Shown here: in pieces, positions 38,479 to 51,469 of the stretch
Layout: every line of letters begins with the position of its first letter
How positions within the stretch are numbered: position 1 is the stretch's first letter
From: Eledone cirrhosa
Lineage: Eukaryota
Reading direction: 5' to 3'
DNA length: 64,000 bases
NCBI GenBank assembly: GCA_964016885.1
Contig: OZ024742.1
Coordinates: 271,870,001 to 271,934,000, forward strand
Notes under the pieces: generated by a model
Database searches by the model: none
Seen by the model: only the letters and a program-made list of their open reading frames with translations
What the model was told of the DNA's origin: nothing
Program-made: the position numbers and the translations under genes

Positions 38479-38575
38479 TTTCTTTATTGGCCACAAGGGC
38501 TGACTTCAAGAAAAACATTACAGACGGCACAGAACGGTACAGGACGGTACGATGTGGGTTTTGTGCGTGTAAATA
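38478..38575 (-). mobile_element. Isolated 3' UTR stub of the Tx1-like family
   Basis: TTTCTTTATTGGCCACAAGGG..TACAGGACGGTAC..GCGTGTAAA matches 31683-31775; also abuts (TAA)n. Confidence 0.75.
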
Positions 38576-38639
38576 TTTGTATTATTTATATAAGAAAAGA
38601 ACAAAAAGGACATAGAAACATATATATAAATGATAAAAG

Positions 38640-40620
38640 ATTAGATTACAAATATTAGCTTACAAAAAAAACATTCGATAGTTTTCCACACAATTGGATT
38701 GAAAAGTGTTTAGAGATTTTCAAAATGTCTCCCTTTGTCAGGAGGTTCCTGTCATTCAGTATGAAAACATGGAAAACAACACGCCTTTTAAATAGTGAAA
38801 ACAAATCACTGGAAGCTGTAGAAGATAATATTACTTGTGGAATATTTCAGGGTGACACATTATCACCGCTTTTATTCTGCGTCTCACTTATACCATTAAG
38901 TAAAATGTTCAATGAAACACATGTATATAATGTCTATGACAAAACCGTTAATCACTTGTTCTACATGGATGACCTGAAACTATTTGCAAAACATGATGAG
39001 CAATTGCAAGAGCTATTATCCACTCTGAAGCAGTTCAGTGATGATATTAAAATGGAGTTTGGACTAGATAAATGCGCCAAAGCCACGTTCACCAGAGGAA
39101 AGCTGCTGAGAAGTTCAGACATTATTATTGATCGGGGGAATGAAATACGAGAACTTAATCAAGAGGAAACATATAAATATCTATGTGTTTGTGAAGGAGA
39201 CGGAATCAGGCACTCGACAATGAGGGAAAAGATAAGGAAGGAATGTTACTGCAGTGTAAAAGCAATCTTAAGAACGGAGTTGAATGCAAGGAATAGGATC
39301 AATGCCATAAACACACTTGCCATACCAGTAGTAACTGAGAATTTCAATGTCGTCAACTGGTCAAGCACAGAGATCCGTAGCTTCGATACAAAATTTAGAA
39401 AATTCTTAACCATGCAGAGAATGCATCACTCTAAGCCAGATAGAGATAGAATATATATCCCTAAGAAAGACGGATGACATGGATTAATCCAATTAGATAT
39501 TTCTTTGAAGACTGCAACAATTGGATTATCTACATACCTAGGGGAGGCATATGATTGGATGATCAAACTCGTTTAGAAACATGAAATCATCAAAAGATTC
39601 TCCAAGATACAATAATGAACTACACATTTCAGAAGATCCCTTTACTGCTGAAATGAAATGGCAGAAAAAGTAAAGCATGTAAAAGTAACTGCAAAAGGAA
39701 ACACTGCTACAGAAACTGGCTAAGAAATGGCAAGAGAATCCTCTGTATGGAAAATACCAAGAAAGAGCTAACAATCCTGATGTTGTCAAAACTTTAACCC
39801 ATCAGTAGTTGGCATCCTATGGACTGAAAGCGGAGACTGAAGGATTGATTATGTCAGTACAAGATCAGTGTCTGCCAACAAACAATTATCAAGCCAACAT
39901 AATAAAAAGTGGATGCATCCCATTATGCCGTGTATGTAAAAAAACCCAGAGACCATTGATCATATAATTTCAATGTGCAGTCCTATAGCTCCAACCGAAT
40001 ACCTAAAGAGGCACGACAGTGCTGCACAATACAATCACTGGGTAATGTGTAAACATTTTGAGCTTCCCCATCAAAAGAATTGGTGGGACCATCAACCACC
40101 TCCCGTACTTGATAAAGATCACATCTCAATCTTGTGGAACGTTAGCATCGAATCAGATCGGAAAATAGATGCAAATAAACCTGATATAATACTGAAGGAC
40201 TTTAAAAAGCGGGCATGAATCCTAATTGATATGTCTGTTCCAATAGACAAGAATGTATCTATAAAAACATTTGAAAAATTGAGCAAGTATAAAGAACTGG
40301 AGATCGTTATTGGAAAATGTGGAAGTTGAGAACTAAAACAATACCAGTGGTTGTAGGCGCTCCTTGTATTACACCTAAGGGGTCTAATGAATACTTATCC
40401 ATAATCCCAGGAAACCATGTAAAGAAGAAAAACAAAACATCGCATTAATAGGAACTGCCCCTATACTAAGGAAGATTCTGTCAATATAATTACATCACAA
40501 GTCTAAGGATGCATGTCTGTGTATGTGTGTTCTTTCTTGAACATGGCGGATCTTGTTGTCTCTTGAGTTCATTGTATGTGACTTGCTCATAACTCGTATG
40601 AACATAAAGCAAGATCAATA
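38640..40620 (+). mobile_element. 5'-truncated R4/Dong-like LINE (second subfamily), RT plus RLE
   Basis: GIFQGDTLSPLLFC, NHLFYMDDLKLFA, MEFGLDKCAK, YKYL, AINTLAIPV, QDQCLPT, CRVC, RHD, NKPDIIL. Confidence 0.93.
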
Positions 40621-40631
40621 TACTAATACTA

Positions 40632-41242
40632 ATTGTTTCTAGTTTTATCGAGCAAATACCCAGTACATTACTGGTACTTTATTTTATCGACCCCGTAAGG
40701 ATGAAAGGCAAAGTTAACATCGGCGGGATTTGACTCAGATCGTAAAGGGCCGTAACTCTTTGCTAAACTCATGGCGACCAATCCTCTACCAATACTACCA
40801 ATCCACAAAATAAAATAATAATTGTTTCTACTTTTGGCACAAGGCCAGCAAATACCCAGTGCATTACTGGTACTTTCTTTTATCGACCCCGTAAGGATGA
40901 AAGACAAAGTTAACCTCGGCGGGATTTGAACTCAGAATGGCAAGGGCCGTAACTCTATGCATCAGCGCATGGCGTCCGACTGCCAATCTGCCGATACTAC
41001 CATCCACCGCCATAAAATAATAATAATGGTTTCTTATATAGGCACAAGGCCAGCAATTTGGGGCAAGAAGGAAGTCAATTAAATCGACACCAGTGTGTAA
41101 CTGGTACTTTATTTTATCGACCTCGTAAGGATGAAAGACAAAGTTAACCTCGGCGGAATATGAACTCAAATCATAAAGGGAAGTAACTCTATGATGCAAA
41201 GCATGGCGTCCGACCCTCTACCGGTAATGCCAATCCACCGCC
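40632..41242 (-). mobile_element. Three head-to-tail SINE copies (~40632-40807, 40820-41011, 41027-41242)
   Basis: The unit CTGGTACTTT..TATCGACC..GTAAGGATGAAAG..AAAGTTAAC occurs three times, separated by short AAT tracts. Confidence 0.93.
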
Positions 41243-41559
41243 ATAAAATAATAATAATAATAACTTTCTTTTTTAACCCCAAATGGTCCACATCAAGAGT
41301 TGAGGACGAACACATAGTGTGTGTGTGTAAGTGTGTGTGTTCGCGTGTTGGATTTGCGTGTAAACAAGTTTTAACAATGTTAAAAAGATAATCAAATTAA
41401 TAGAAATAAAGTTCCTCAATATGGAGGAGACGTTCCAGTTTCATTCGTGGAAAAAAACCCATAAATCCACGGATGCTCTGATCTTTAGGGCAAGTGTCCT
41501 GTCTCAATTGTGCTACCTCTGGCTTAGTGGGTGGATGGGGTGATCTTGCTACCATGCTA

Positions 41560-42770
41560 CTGCTTTTTCTGGTTGAGCCAGTGGAGTAGGCAGGAGAGGT
41601 GGCCTTAATTGTTTGCCCCTGAGGGCAGAAAGCATTTAGGTGGGTTCCATCACCACAAACGACACACTTTGCCCTTCTAACTTCGACAATTACGGGGAGG
41701 TGGCAGCCGTCATCAAGGTCTATCACCTCTCGAATTTCCTGGATGTTGTTCTGGTGTGTTTGGATCAGGAGCTCCATTCGATATCCGGACCAGTTCTCTT
41801 GTTTTATTCTTATGACCTCGATGACTTTTGTGTCGTCCTCAAGGTAGGCGAGGACGACTGCCATCAGCTAGGGAATTTCTATGGAAGGCAGAACCTGGGA
41901 TTCCCTCACTCTAAGGAGCCTTTGCCAGCAGTAACGTGGGACAAGTGTGAGCTCATCGCTTTTTAGTGAAGCCATGGAGAGTTCTCTGACTTCCTGTGTG
42001 GTTCCAATTAACAGATCATCGGTCCCATGTCTTTGTCCAAGTATCATGTGCGTTTTCTGAGCCTACACATGTCCCAAAGCTTTCTGGATCTGGGACTCGT
42101 ATGCCAGTTCCACTTGTACATAGCCGGTGATCTAACATGGTGGTTTATGTCGGAGTTAGACTGACCCTCTAGCCACTTTGCTTCCCCATTCTCATGGGCT
42201 CATTCAGTTGTTCTTGGCTTACATCAGACGGTTCGTTCTTGTTCGCCGCTTTCGCAAGAGACACATTTCGTTTCGCACTGCTGTTATTGTTGTTGTTTTT
42301 AGTCTCATTGTTGCTGCTGTTGCTGTCGTTGTTATTGATATTCTTGTTATTATTATGTTTTGTATCGGTGGTTGCTGTGGTGTTGATGGTGGTGGTGTTT
42401 GTGGTGGTGATATTTTTGTTATCATTTATGTCGTTGCTGTCGTGTGTGTTCGTTTTAGTTTTAGTTTCCGTCTTTTCAGTGGTGTGGGAGGGCGTTGCTT
42501 GTGGTGTTGGTCGTTGTGATGGGAGTGGTGGCATTGAGAGTGGTAAGTTGTCACCAAATGAATTATGGTAGCTCTTGTTGTGGCTTCCACTGTTTTTGCT
42601 CTTGCTGCTGCTGCTCTTATTGTTTTGACAATTTGGTTTGTTCCACTCTATGGACAGCCCACCATTCCGTTTAGCGAACGCAATATTATTGTCCAGCATC
42701 TTAATTTTCATAGAAAATTCAGGGGCCTGTTTAAAAAACAAACACTGATTTGGCCCTAAGGTCCTCAATT
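41560..42770 (-). mobile_element. 5' portion (ORF1 only) of another Tx1-like LINE copy
   Basis: 'QENWSGYRMELLIQ...EVIDL.DG.HL..IVE..R..CVVCGDGTHLNAFCP' and 'ESQIQKALGHV' match ORF1 of the 31.7-37.4 kb element; the CxxC knuckle is intact here. Confidence 0.88.
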
Positions 42771-42949
42771 GGAGCTAATTGAAGCGGTTCATAAGGATAC
42801 TGGCTTAGTTAGCTTCGAAACGATATTAAAATTCCAATGCAAAAGGAAGCTGGCAAGAGCCAACATGAGGAATGTATTGAATAAACTTACATTGTAATAT
42901 TACCTGGAAATGATTCCCCAAGTTACGTTATAGACAACGAATGCATAAT

Positions 42950-45815
42950 ACCTGGAACGATATCGGTATATTTCTATTGCGTGAAAAAAACTAGTGGGTC
43001 AGGCTCATGTAATGAGAACCAATTGATGGATAAATGAGTTAGAATCGGAGGAACTGAGTAAAGAGATTAAGCAAGAAATTGAAAGTGGAGTAGTCCATGT
43101 AGGCGAGCCTGTAGAAAACTAAGTGAATGAAGCAAATCAAGTAGAAAATGAAATTAAAGTGTATGGGAGACATGAAGATGTAACCGAAGACAATGATCTA
43201 AATGTTGAGATAAATAAGATCTGGAGTAAAGATACTTGAGAAAGTGAACGCTGACGGGCTAGAATAAGGTTCTGTTGATATTGTGAAATTAATGGGGAAT
43301 GAAATGATTAATGATAATGGAAAAAATATGTATTTAAGATCTGTAGACAGAAAAAAAAAACAACAGCTAAGGTAACAGGGTTACCCCATACATTGACGTG
43401 AATAATCATAATTAATGCAACATCTTTAAAGCAGCCGCAAATGTGGCGAAAAGATTGATTGGCACGAAACGAGAGAAAACAGACTTGGTTGAATGTTCAA
43501 ATCAATATCGGGAGATTTGAGACATCCTTAAAAGGGACATTGCAAAACATGTATACTAAGTTTAGCTTCACAAGTAAAAAGTGCAAAATTTAAAAGATAT
43601 AAGAGCAGAGTTAACCAGCACAGTCAAAACTGCTTGTGTTTTTATTTGAATAGCTTTATAGGAAAGAAAGAAGCAACGATACTTTCCCTGGGACTGAACA
43701 AATCAACACCTTTTGGAGTTGAATATTGGAGCAGGATGTTGATCATAATAGTGGGGCAGAGTGGATTGTCGCTGTTAAAAAGGAGGTTAATGAACAACAA
43801 TCTGATTTCAGTATTTCGGTTAAGACCCTTAAAAATAGGCTAATACATGAACTAGCTGGGCACCACCAGGCTCGTATTGTGTCCAAAGATATTGCATAAA
43901 TATATAATTTCTCGCCCACCCTAAGCTGATGGCTATGTGTAATGACTGTTTGGTGTCGGATGAAGTACCGGATTACTTCACAAGATGTACATCGGTTGTA
44001 AATATGAAAGACCAATCCTAGAGAAAGGACGTTACCAAATATAGGTATATTACATGTCTCTACTTGATCTGCAAAATGTTAACATGCAACGTATTACTGG
44101 ATGACCAGAAAGGATGCCGAAAGTAGTGCCGTTGCTTATTAACAAGATCGTAAATGGGATACACACTGGGAATAAAAACCTGACCATTAACTACCTCCAA
44201 ATTGTGGACCACAAAACTCTTCGGGAAGAGTTAGAAAGAGTTGGGTGTTCTTGTTACCATCGTTCATATTTTCGGTAATGATACATGTATGGAATTTGGT
44301 GTTAATAAGTTAGTATTCCTACTTTTGAGCAGAAGAAAATTCACGAGAACCAGAGAAATTGACATCCTACCTGGTGATGTGATCGAAACTGGAGGAGGTG
44401 ATAGGTTGTTTCGAAAGCAGATAATAGCAAGGGCAAAAAGTTGAAGCAGATAATAAGATCTGAATAATTAAGGAGATTAAGGAAAATGCTAAAATCACAT
44501 CTGAAAAGTAGGAAGGCTATAAGTGCAATACATTCCGAATTTGTGACTATCAATAGGGCGGTGGATTGGCAGTAGCCGTAGAGCATCAGAGACCCTGCTT
44601 CATGACATCGATTTAATGCCCTTTACGTTCAAATCCCACCAAGGTTAGTTTTGCCTTTCATTCTTACAGTGTCATAATATAAAGTCCCAGTTACGCACTG
44701 GGGTCGATGAAATTGACTTTCCCATCCCTCCAAATTGCTGGCCTTGTGCCTAAATCAGAAACCGTTATCAGCTACAATGCAAGAAGTATTAAATAAAATA
44801 TAAAGGAGAAAAACGAACTGTAGAGAAAGAGAAGGAAATTAATGACTACCTACAGTATGTTTCATAATGAGTGGATCTCGATTGACTGTACTTAAAGGTA
44901 TTAAAATATGATAGAGGTAATGTCAACGTAGGATAAACTGCTCAGATGGAGAAGCGTTGCTTTCATGAATACGTGTTTTGGGGTAGCGAACCAATGCTTT
45001 GTAAATGACTTTTTAAAAAGGGAACATAATAGTTCAGGGGATATCCAAGAAAGCTATAATGACAAACAGGATGAACAACTTCAATAGAAAAGGCCCTTAA
45101 TAGTATCTTGTTTAAGAAAATTGAATTCAGAGATTGTCATACAGACCTTATTAAAAAATTGGGACTTTATGTAAAGCGGTTATACCACTGGCTACACAGG
45201 ATAAGCCATTAGAACAAAATTGATAAAACATCATATTGAGAAGGAGGAAGGTAACCTGTTCTGTAGGATATGTTAAAAGAGAGAGGAAATTGTCTCACAT
45301 CGTATCCGGATGTAAGCACCAAGACTAGACACATTACAAAGTATGGAGGTATGTTATAATGGGAAAAGGAAACCACTGGATTTATGCAAATTAATAATCT
45401 ACTCCACCCAGGTAATCGTTAAGAGCATAAGCCAGAATAAGTGATAGAAAATAATCGGATGAAACTGCTGTGGGATTTCCTGATACAAACAGACAAATAA
45501 TTTGGGCACAATAGGACTGAGCTCATTGTTTTAGAAAAGGGAAAACAGATCTGACTTGATTTAAGACGTAGCTCGCCCATGTGACACAAGAGTTTAAGAA
45601 AAGAAAGAAATTAGCCAGTACCAGGAACTAAAGTGAGAACTAAAAAAGATTTGTGACTGTCATGTAACCAAGATCGTCACCATCGTCATAGGGAAACTAG
45701 GTACTATCTTGAATTGTTTCTAAGGCGGTTAAAGAATGTTATCCCGACATACGTTTTTGAACACTTACTGGGAACAGCACGAAATATTGAAATTCTGAAG
45801 CTGCATGTAGCATTT
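42950..45815 (+). mobile_element. Heavily decayed R4/Dong-like LINE
   Basis: Remnants DQKGCR, MEFGVNK, IRTKLIKHHI, CRIC, LLWDFLIQTD..HNR. The 3' part aligns by eye with 37700-38390. The 5' edge is uncertain. Confidence 0.75.
44555..44765 (+). mobile_element. tRNA-derived SINE (long variant) inserted in the LINE
   Basis: GGGCGGTGGATTGGCAGTA..GTTCAAATCC..CTGGGGTCGATG..CAAATTGCTGGCCTTGTGCC. Confidence 0.85.
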
Positions 45816-45914
45816 TCCTGGTTAAATAAAATATAGGATTGATATGAATTTTGACAATTGAAGATGTTTAATCATTATGTGCCTAGCTTGGCATAGGCAG
45901 CTACTGATATGAAG

Positions 45915-46310
45915 ACACGGGATTTGCTCTCGTCCAACATCCAGTACCAACAACATACCACCCGCATCGAGAAGGATCGTTCGGGACTTGAGATTGAAGT
46001 CTTTAAGGAAAAAGATTGCTACAACATATATTTTCACAGGATACAAATGGTTGTTGTCAAAAATAGTTGTGAAAGCAAGCTTTTCTGAAATTCTTTTCTT
46101 ACCACCAGCCACGACACTTATGTCCCGTGGTAATGTTCATCCAAATTGGTCCCAGAGAATGTCGGTTGATCTGATCGTCTCATTTATTATGTCAAAGTTC
46201 CCAATGTACCAAATGTCCAATTGCTCCAGTAGACTCGGTCTTTAGTGTTTGGTAGATGTGTGGATCCGTCAGTAATCCCTCCAGAAGATTTCCGCTGGTT
46301 TTTCAAGCCA
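45915..46310 (-). pseudogene. Small Tx1-like LINE fragment (APE region)
   Basis: 'VAIFFLKDFNLKSRTILLDAGGMLLVLDV' parallels 'VAVLFRRGLDLAIRAIFLDPEGKLVVLDV'. The extent beyond ~46110 is uncertain. Confidence 0.55.
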
Positions 46311-46329
46311 ATCGTTTGTGTATGTCTGT

Positions 46330-46466
46330 TATTATTTTGTCAACCTCGTAAGGATGAATGACAAAGCCAACCTCAGCGTGATTTGAACTCAGAGCGTAAA
46401 AAGATGTAACTCTCTATCGCGAAACAATGGTGTCCGAGACTCCACTGATACTACTAATCCACCAGC
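46330..46466 (-). mobile_element. tRNA-derived SINE, diverged
   Basis: GTAAGGATGAA..CAAAG..AACCTCAGCG..ATTTGAACTCAGA..AATCCACC. Confidence 0.8.
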
Positions 46467-49400
46467 CTCAATAATATGTTAATTCCGATAGTAACTGATA
46501 AGATTATGGCAATGGCGACAAGGACGGCAATAATTATGATAATAACGATGACGAATATAATGGTGATGATGATGATGATGACGAAAACAATCATCATCAT
46601 CATCATCATTATCATAATTGTCACCATCCTCGTTTTCATCAATATTATTCCTGTATATACTACAATTTAAACTTTCGATAATCAGAATATATTTAATTAA
46701 AGAAAACAGAAACATGCCTGTTCTTATTTTATCTTGTACATCGTTACTCCTCAATTTGGAAATATAACGCTATGAAGAATCAGGAAACAAGAATTATACG
46801 AAACTTCATATTAATATACAGCCTGGCAATTATGTTTTTACTGAAATCTGAATACCTGTATTGATATCCTGTAATGTAGCAAGCTATGCTATTCTTATAG
46901 GCGCTTAATAGATTCTGCGATTACTAATTTATACATGTGTAATCGACAGAAAATATATGAAAAGCCACATCAAACACCGCATTATTTGGAAACGAGATTT
47001 GATGCGTGAATAAATACATTAAAACATTTAAACCTCCCGGTCACTAAAACGTGCCTCTCGTTGCTCTTTATTTTCTAGCATTAATCCACTGTAATGCACC
47101 GTTTGTGGAAGGGCATCGTTGATACTTATCTCCAGAACATTTTATAGACCATGGGAGAAGATAGTGCAGATCTGGATACTGCATTGTTATTGTTCGTGAG
47201 ATAATCAGTGAATATTAATAAATTAAAAGTCATCGAAAACTCACGTTATAAGGAAGAATGTTATAACAAAACTCGCGTCTTTGATTGAATAATCGCAACA
47301 GAGGCGGATTCCAGTAAAGAAGCCTATCGTTCGAGGCAAACTGGGTGAAGGATGACGAGTGCCACCATATCTAAAATAAAAATTATATTTTGAAGATGTT
47401 CACTAGTATGGTGGGCTCCATTTCATGGTTTCTGCAACAATTTGCCTTTAGTAAATTATAAATATTAACTAGGTTACAGCAGTTATACCTAGTTAAAATG
47501 TGTCTTACAATATTATTATATCATTAAGAACAAATGTCTTTCTTTATGTATTTTTTAATATATTTATCCATTTCACCGGTGTTGGGCGGTTTCATGGACA
47601 AATTGTTCCTGCATACTGATCCCGTCTATATTTCATCTGTCTAGATCTGCATTATCGTTTAAAAGACGTTTAGCTATGATATAACAAGATTTGTCTGTTA
47701 TTTCCTGTCAATCAAGTACTCACACAAAGAAATGCTACCAGATATTTTTTCTGCTAAATTGTGAAGAGACAATTGTCGACGATATATAAGTAGAATTGTG
47801 AAAAGTGAAAGTATTATAATTAGATATGTCGAACACAACAAAGTATATGTGCTGTAAATTGCTATGAATGAGTGAGCGATAAGTCTTTAAATGTAAAGTA
47901 CTAATTAAATATTAATTACAATAACTTAATAATGATGCTTTTACTACTTAACAGGAGAGAGATATTCATGGGAAAAACTTTGATCCTAATTCTTTTCGTC
48001 ATAAGTTTTCATTCCACTTTTGTAAATATATAAACACCGATAAATTACTGATTTCTTTTTATGGAAACGGTGTTTCAGAAATATTTATTTTTTAATCAAT
48101 ACTGTTTCATGCGTCAACCAACGTTTACTTTTTGTTATTTTCTTACTAATGTAGCAACTATTGTGATGCGAATCGCGCCTTAGGTCAGATTAATATGTAC
48201 TGATTCGGATACGGAGTCACTTGTCAATGCTGCTAAAATAGTTTTTCGTCTACGTTTCATTTGATTTCCTGTTGGCTACTTACTGCAAATATTATAAACA
48301 TATTAAACCTAACTCATATTATTAGTCATAATATTATATATATACCTTTTTCTGGAAACAGTTTAACAGCTTACTAGATTGCTTTTTTTTTTAGCATTTT
48401 AAGATATTATTCAATCATAAATATAAATGTTTAAAGCAAACAAGAGAGCTTTTAATCAGAGAGAATTTTGATTGTACAATATTTGTTTCATGATATCGTA
48501 ACACAATCTTAAACATTTCCTCAAATAGATTTAGAAGATTATAACACACAGGTTAAGCCAAGTAGGCAGAATGTGTTGGAAACAAGAACCTGACGGAAAC
48601 GTTGTTTATATTATTAATAAAGAGCCAAACTATAATGGTATTAATACGGATGTTGGATTAGCTATGTCACGATAAGTCTAATAAATTGTCTTGTAGTATT
48701 ACCACCTGCTATTTAAATTATGGGTCCACCTTCGATGGCATTTGTGTTTATTTGCATCTTCTCTTGCCTTCAGCAAGACACCATGAGCAGAGAAGATTCT
48801 CTGTGCGGAATTGATGATCATCCACAAAGAATGAAAATATAGAAAAATTATCAAGTAAATATTTGTTTATGCATGCTCTTCAGAGATGAGTTTTCTTGTC
48901 GAGGAATCATGATCAAGACTGGAGAACGGAAGACAAGGAATCGAAACTACACCGACCAATAGTGTACAGACAATTCTCTGCTCAGTGGGAACATTTTGTA
49001 ACTACAATTGAATGAAGATTTATATGTGAAATAATAGTGTAAATGATATAAACAAATTCAAATTCAAGCAAACATCTATTATTGAAATATTGTCATTATT
49101 TTAGAGAGACCAAATGTAGGCAGAAAAGAGGTCGGCGTAGGCTGATGGCTGACACTCGACATATCAGTAACAAACAATAAATTATTAAAAAATGTATAGT
49201 CTACAGCAAAAGTATCATTATCATCATCATCATCATCATTATCACCACCACCACCACCACCGCCATTATCTTCATCACCATCCCCATCATCACCATCATC
49301 CTTATTATCAACAGCAACAACAAGGACACTATCAGCAACATTTTTCTTCACTAAAGCTGAAACACTAAACAACGTTCCGCAAATTCCCGGTTGTCCAGAA

Positions 49401-51469
49401 GGAGAATATTAAGTTAATAGAGTTCAGGGACAAGTATAATGAGATAAAAACAGCTAAGTGAATTCCTAAGGAAAGCAAAAGTAGACAGACTCCTAGTACA
49501 TCAAGCGGCCAAGCTAAGCTCTAGAAAATATTCCTATATGTAGGAAAATGCCCAAGTAAAAGAGTATTCAGACACGCACCTGGAACCCACCGAAGAAAGG
49601 ACTATAAAACTTCCCATTACTAAAACATAGTACCACAAAATCAGTTTAAGTGCCCACTCCCGTTCCTTCTCTCAATGACCATGCTATCTCCTCATTGTCA
49701 TATTAACCGACATACCATCAAACACTGACATACCAGGCTGGAATGCATATTCTTTCAGAAATTATGGAAAGGGAACTTATGGAAACATGCATCAACTACA
49801 TCCATCCATTCCATAGTGGCTTCGAGATTTAAACACTTTTGATGTACAAGCAGGCGCTGCGGTTAATACACCTGTACAAGTCCCTCAGTTAGGCAACGGC
49901 GATAACAACGAAAGAAAGCAAAGCCGAAAACGTCCGAGCAACTTACACCTGATATGTATTTCTAAATCTTGTCTCCTTGAACGAGCAATAATCATCGATC
50001 ACGTGCAGACACATTCTGTTCACGAGGCTTCTAAAATACTGCCAGGGCATCACAGCTTTTTACCAGGTAAACAACATGATGAGCAGATATAAAATAATGC
50101 TGGCCTCTTATAGAAGAGTTGTTGGAGGTATGAGTGAGGGTATCCCGCCAGTGGATCTGCGTGTTAATAAAGGCAGATATTAAGCATTGACTATATCTAG
50201 GAAAATAGACTGGCTTTAATATAGGTATATAGAATTTTGAGTTATATGTTTTGAAAGAGAATCAGAAAAACTCACATCTCCAGTTGTAAATACTGAACTT
50301 TGAACTATATACAAAGTCGAAACCATATAGAACATTGCGACAATAAGCCTAGGACGGATTGCCAAAGCGTCTAGACGAAATGAGAAACATAATGCACCAC
50401 CCGTTAAACACGAAACTAAGAAGGTATAAATAAATCAGCATATGGAACGAAACAGCTAAATAGAAAATAATAGATATGTAAGCAGTTCTATGATTAACAT
50501 TTTGTTTGTTTGCCAAAATTTAATGATTCCACACATTGAAAAAGAAAATAACTAAGTATTATAACAAAGTGTTATAGTTGACTGGCTTCCAGGATAAAAC
50601 TCATTACTTTCTCGACTTTATGTAGATGGAAACAAATTTGACCGTGAAAAGATTTTGGCTCAATATCGTAAAAATAAGTCACCGGTAAAATTACGTTCGA
50701 TTTTTAGTATTTATTCAGACTCCTCTTGTTTCATTCAATCCATCTTTCCTTCCAAAATAATAATAAAACAATAATGTTATATGAAAACCTAGATGGAGTA
50801 TATGTTCGTCCGAAACTACGGAAACATTGATATAACATTCCAAAACATAAATGCTTCATAAGAAAAACCTGTGATATATAATGTGTGATCAAATATATTT
50901 CAAGTTGAGTGACTTACATTTCTCTATCAACGTAGTTTAACTGTATGAAAATTGGGTTTACTTGTAATCTTTAAGAGCATTATGTACAAATTTAGCTGAA
51001 TTTAATTTCAACTTTTATGTGTGTGACCGCTGCAAATAGAAACAGATACATATAACTATTAATTTGATTACGGTTTCAGGTTCAATGGATATATAATATA
51101 ACATTATTGATGAACTCAGACAGGTGTGGATGATAAAGATGCACTACAAGTTACAAAGGCACACCTATATTTCCTTTAGTATTTGAAAGGCCAAGATTAA
51201 AACGAAAATTATGGCTGCCCTAGAGACAATCAGCTTTCATCAATATATACCTTTCTCTGAAGAATTTTATTAGTTACTGTGTAATACTGGAAATCAAATT
51301 GCCGCATTCACACTAATTAATTAAGTTTTCATATATAGAACTATAAGCTAAATATTATGTCCATTTGCTACTAATCCACATGGTCTAGAAACTGTCACGG
51401 TGACTTCGGACTGCAGGAATTTGTGTATTATGTATAAGTAAATATGTATCGTGTTCTCCACCTTCTTCT

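Noticed and set aside
40632-41242. CRISPR-like or satellite array
   Set aside because: Units are ~200-bp SINE copies in eukaryotic DNA; no repeat-spacer structure or cas genes.
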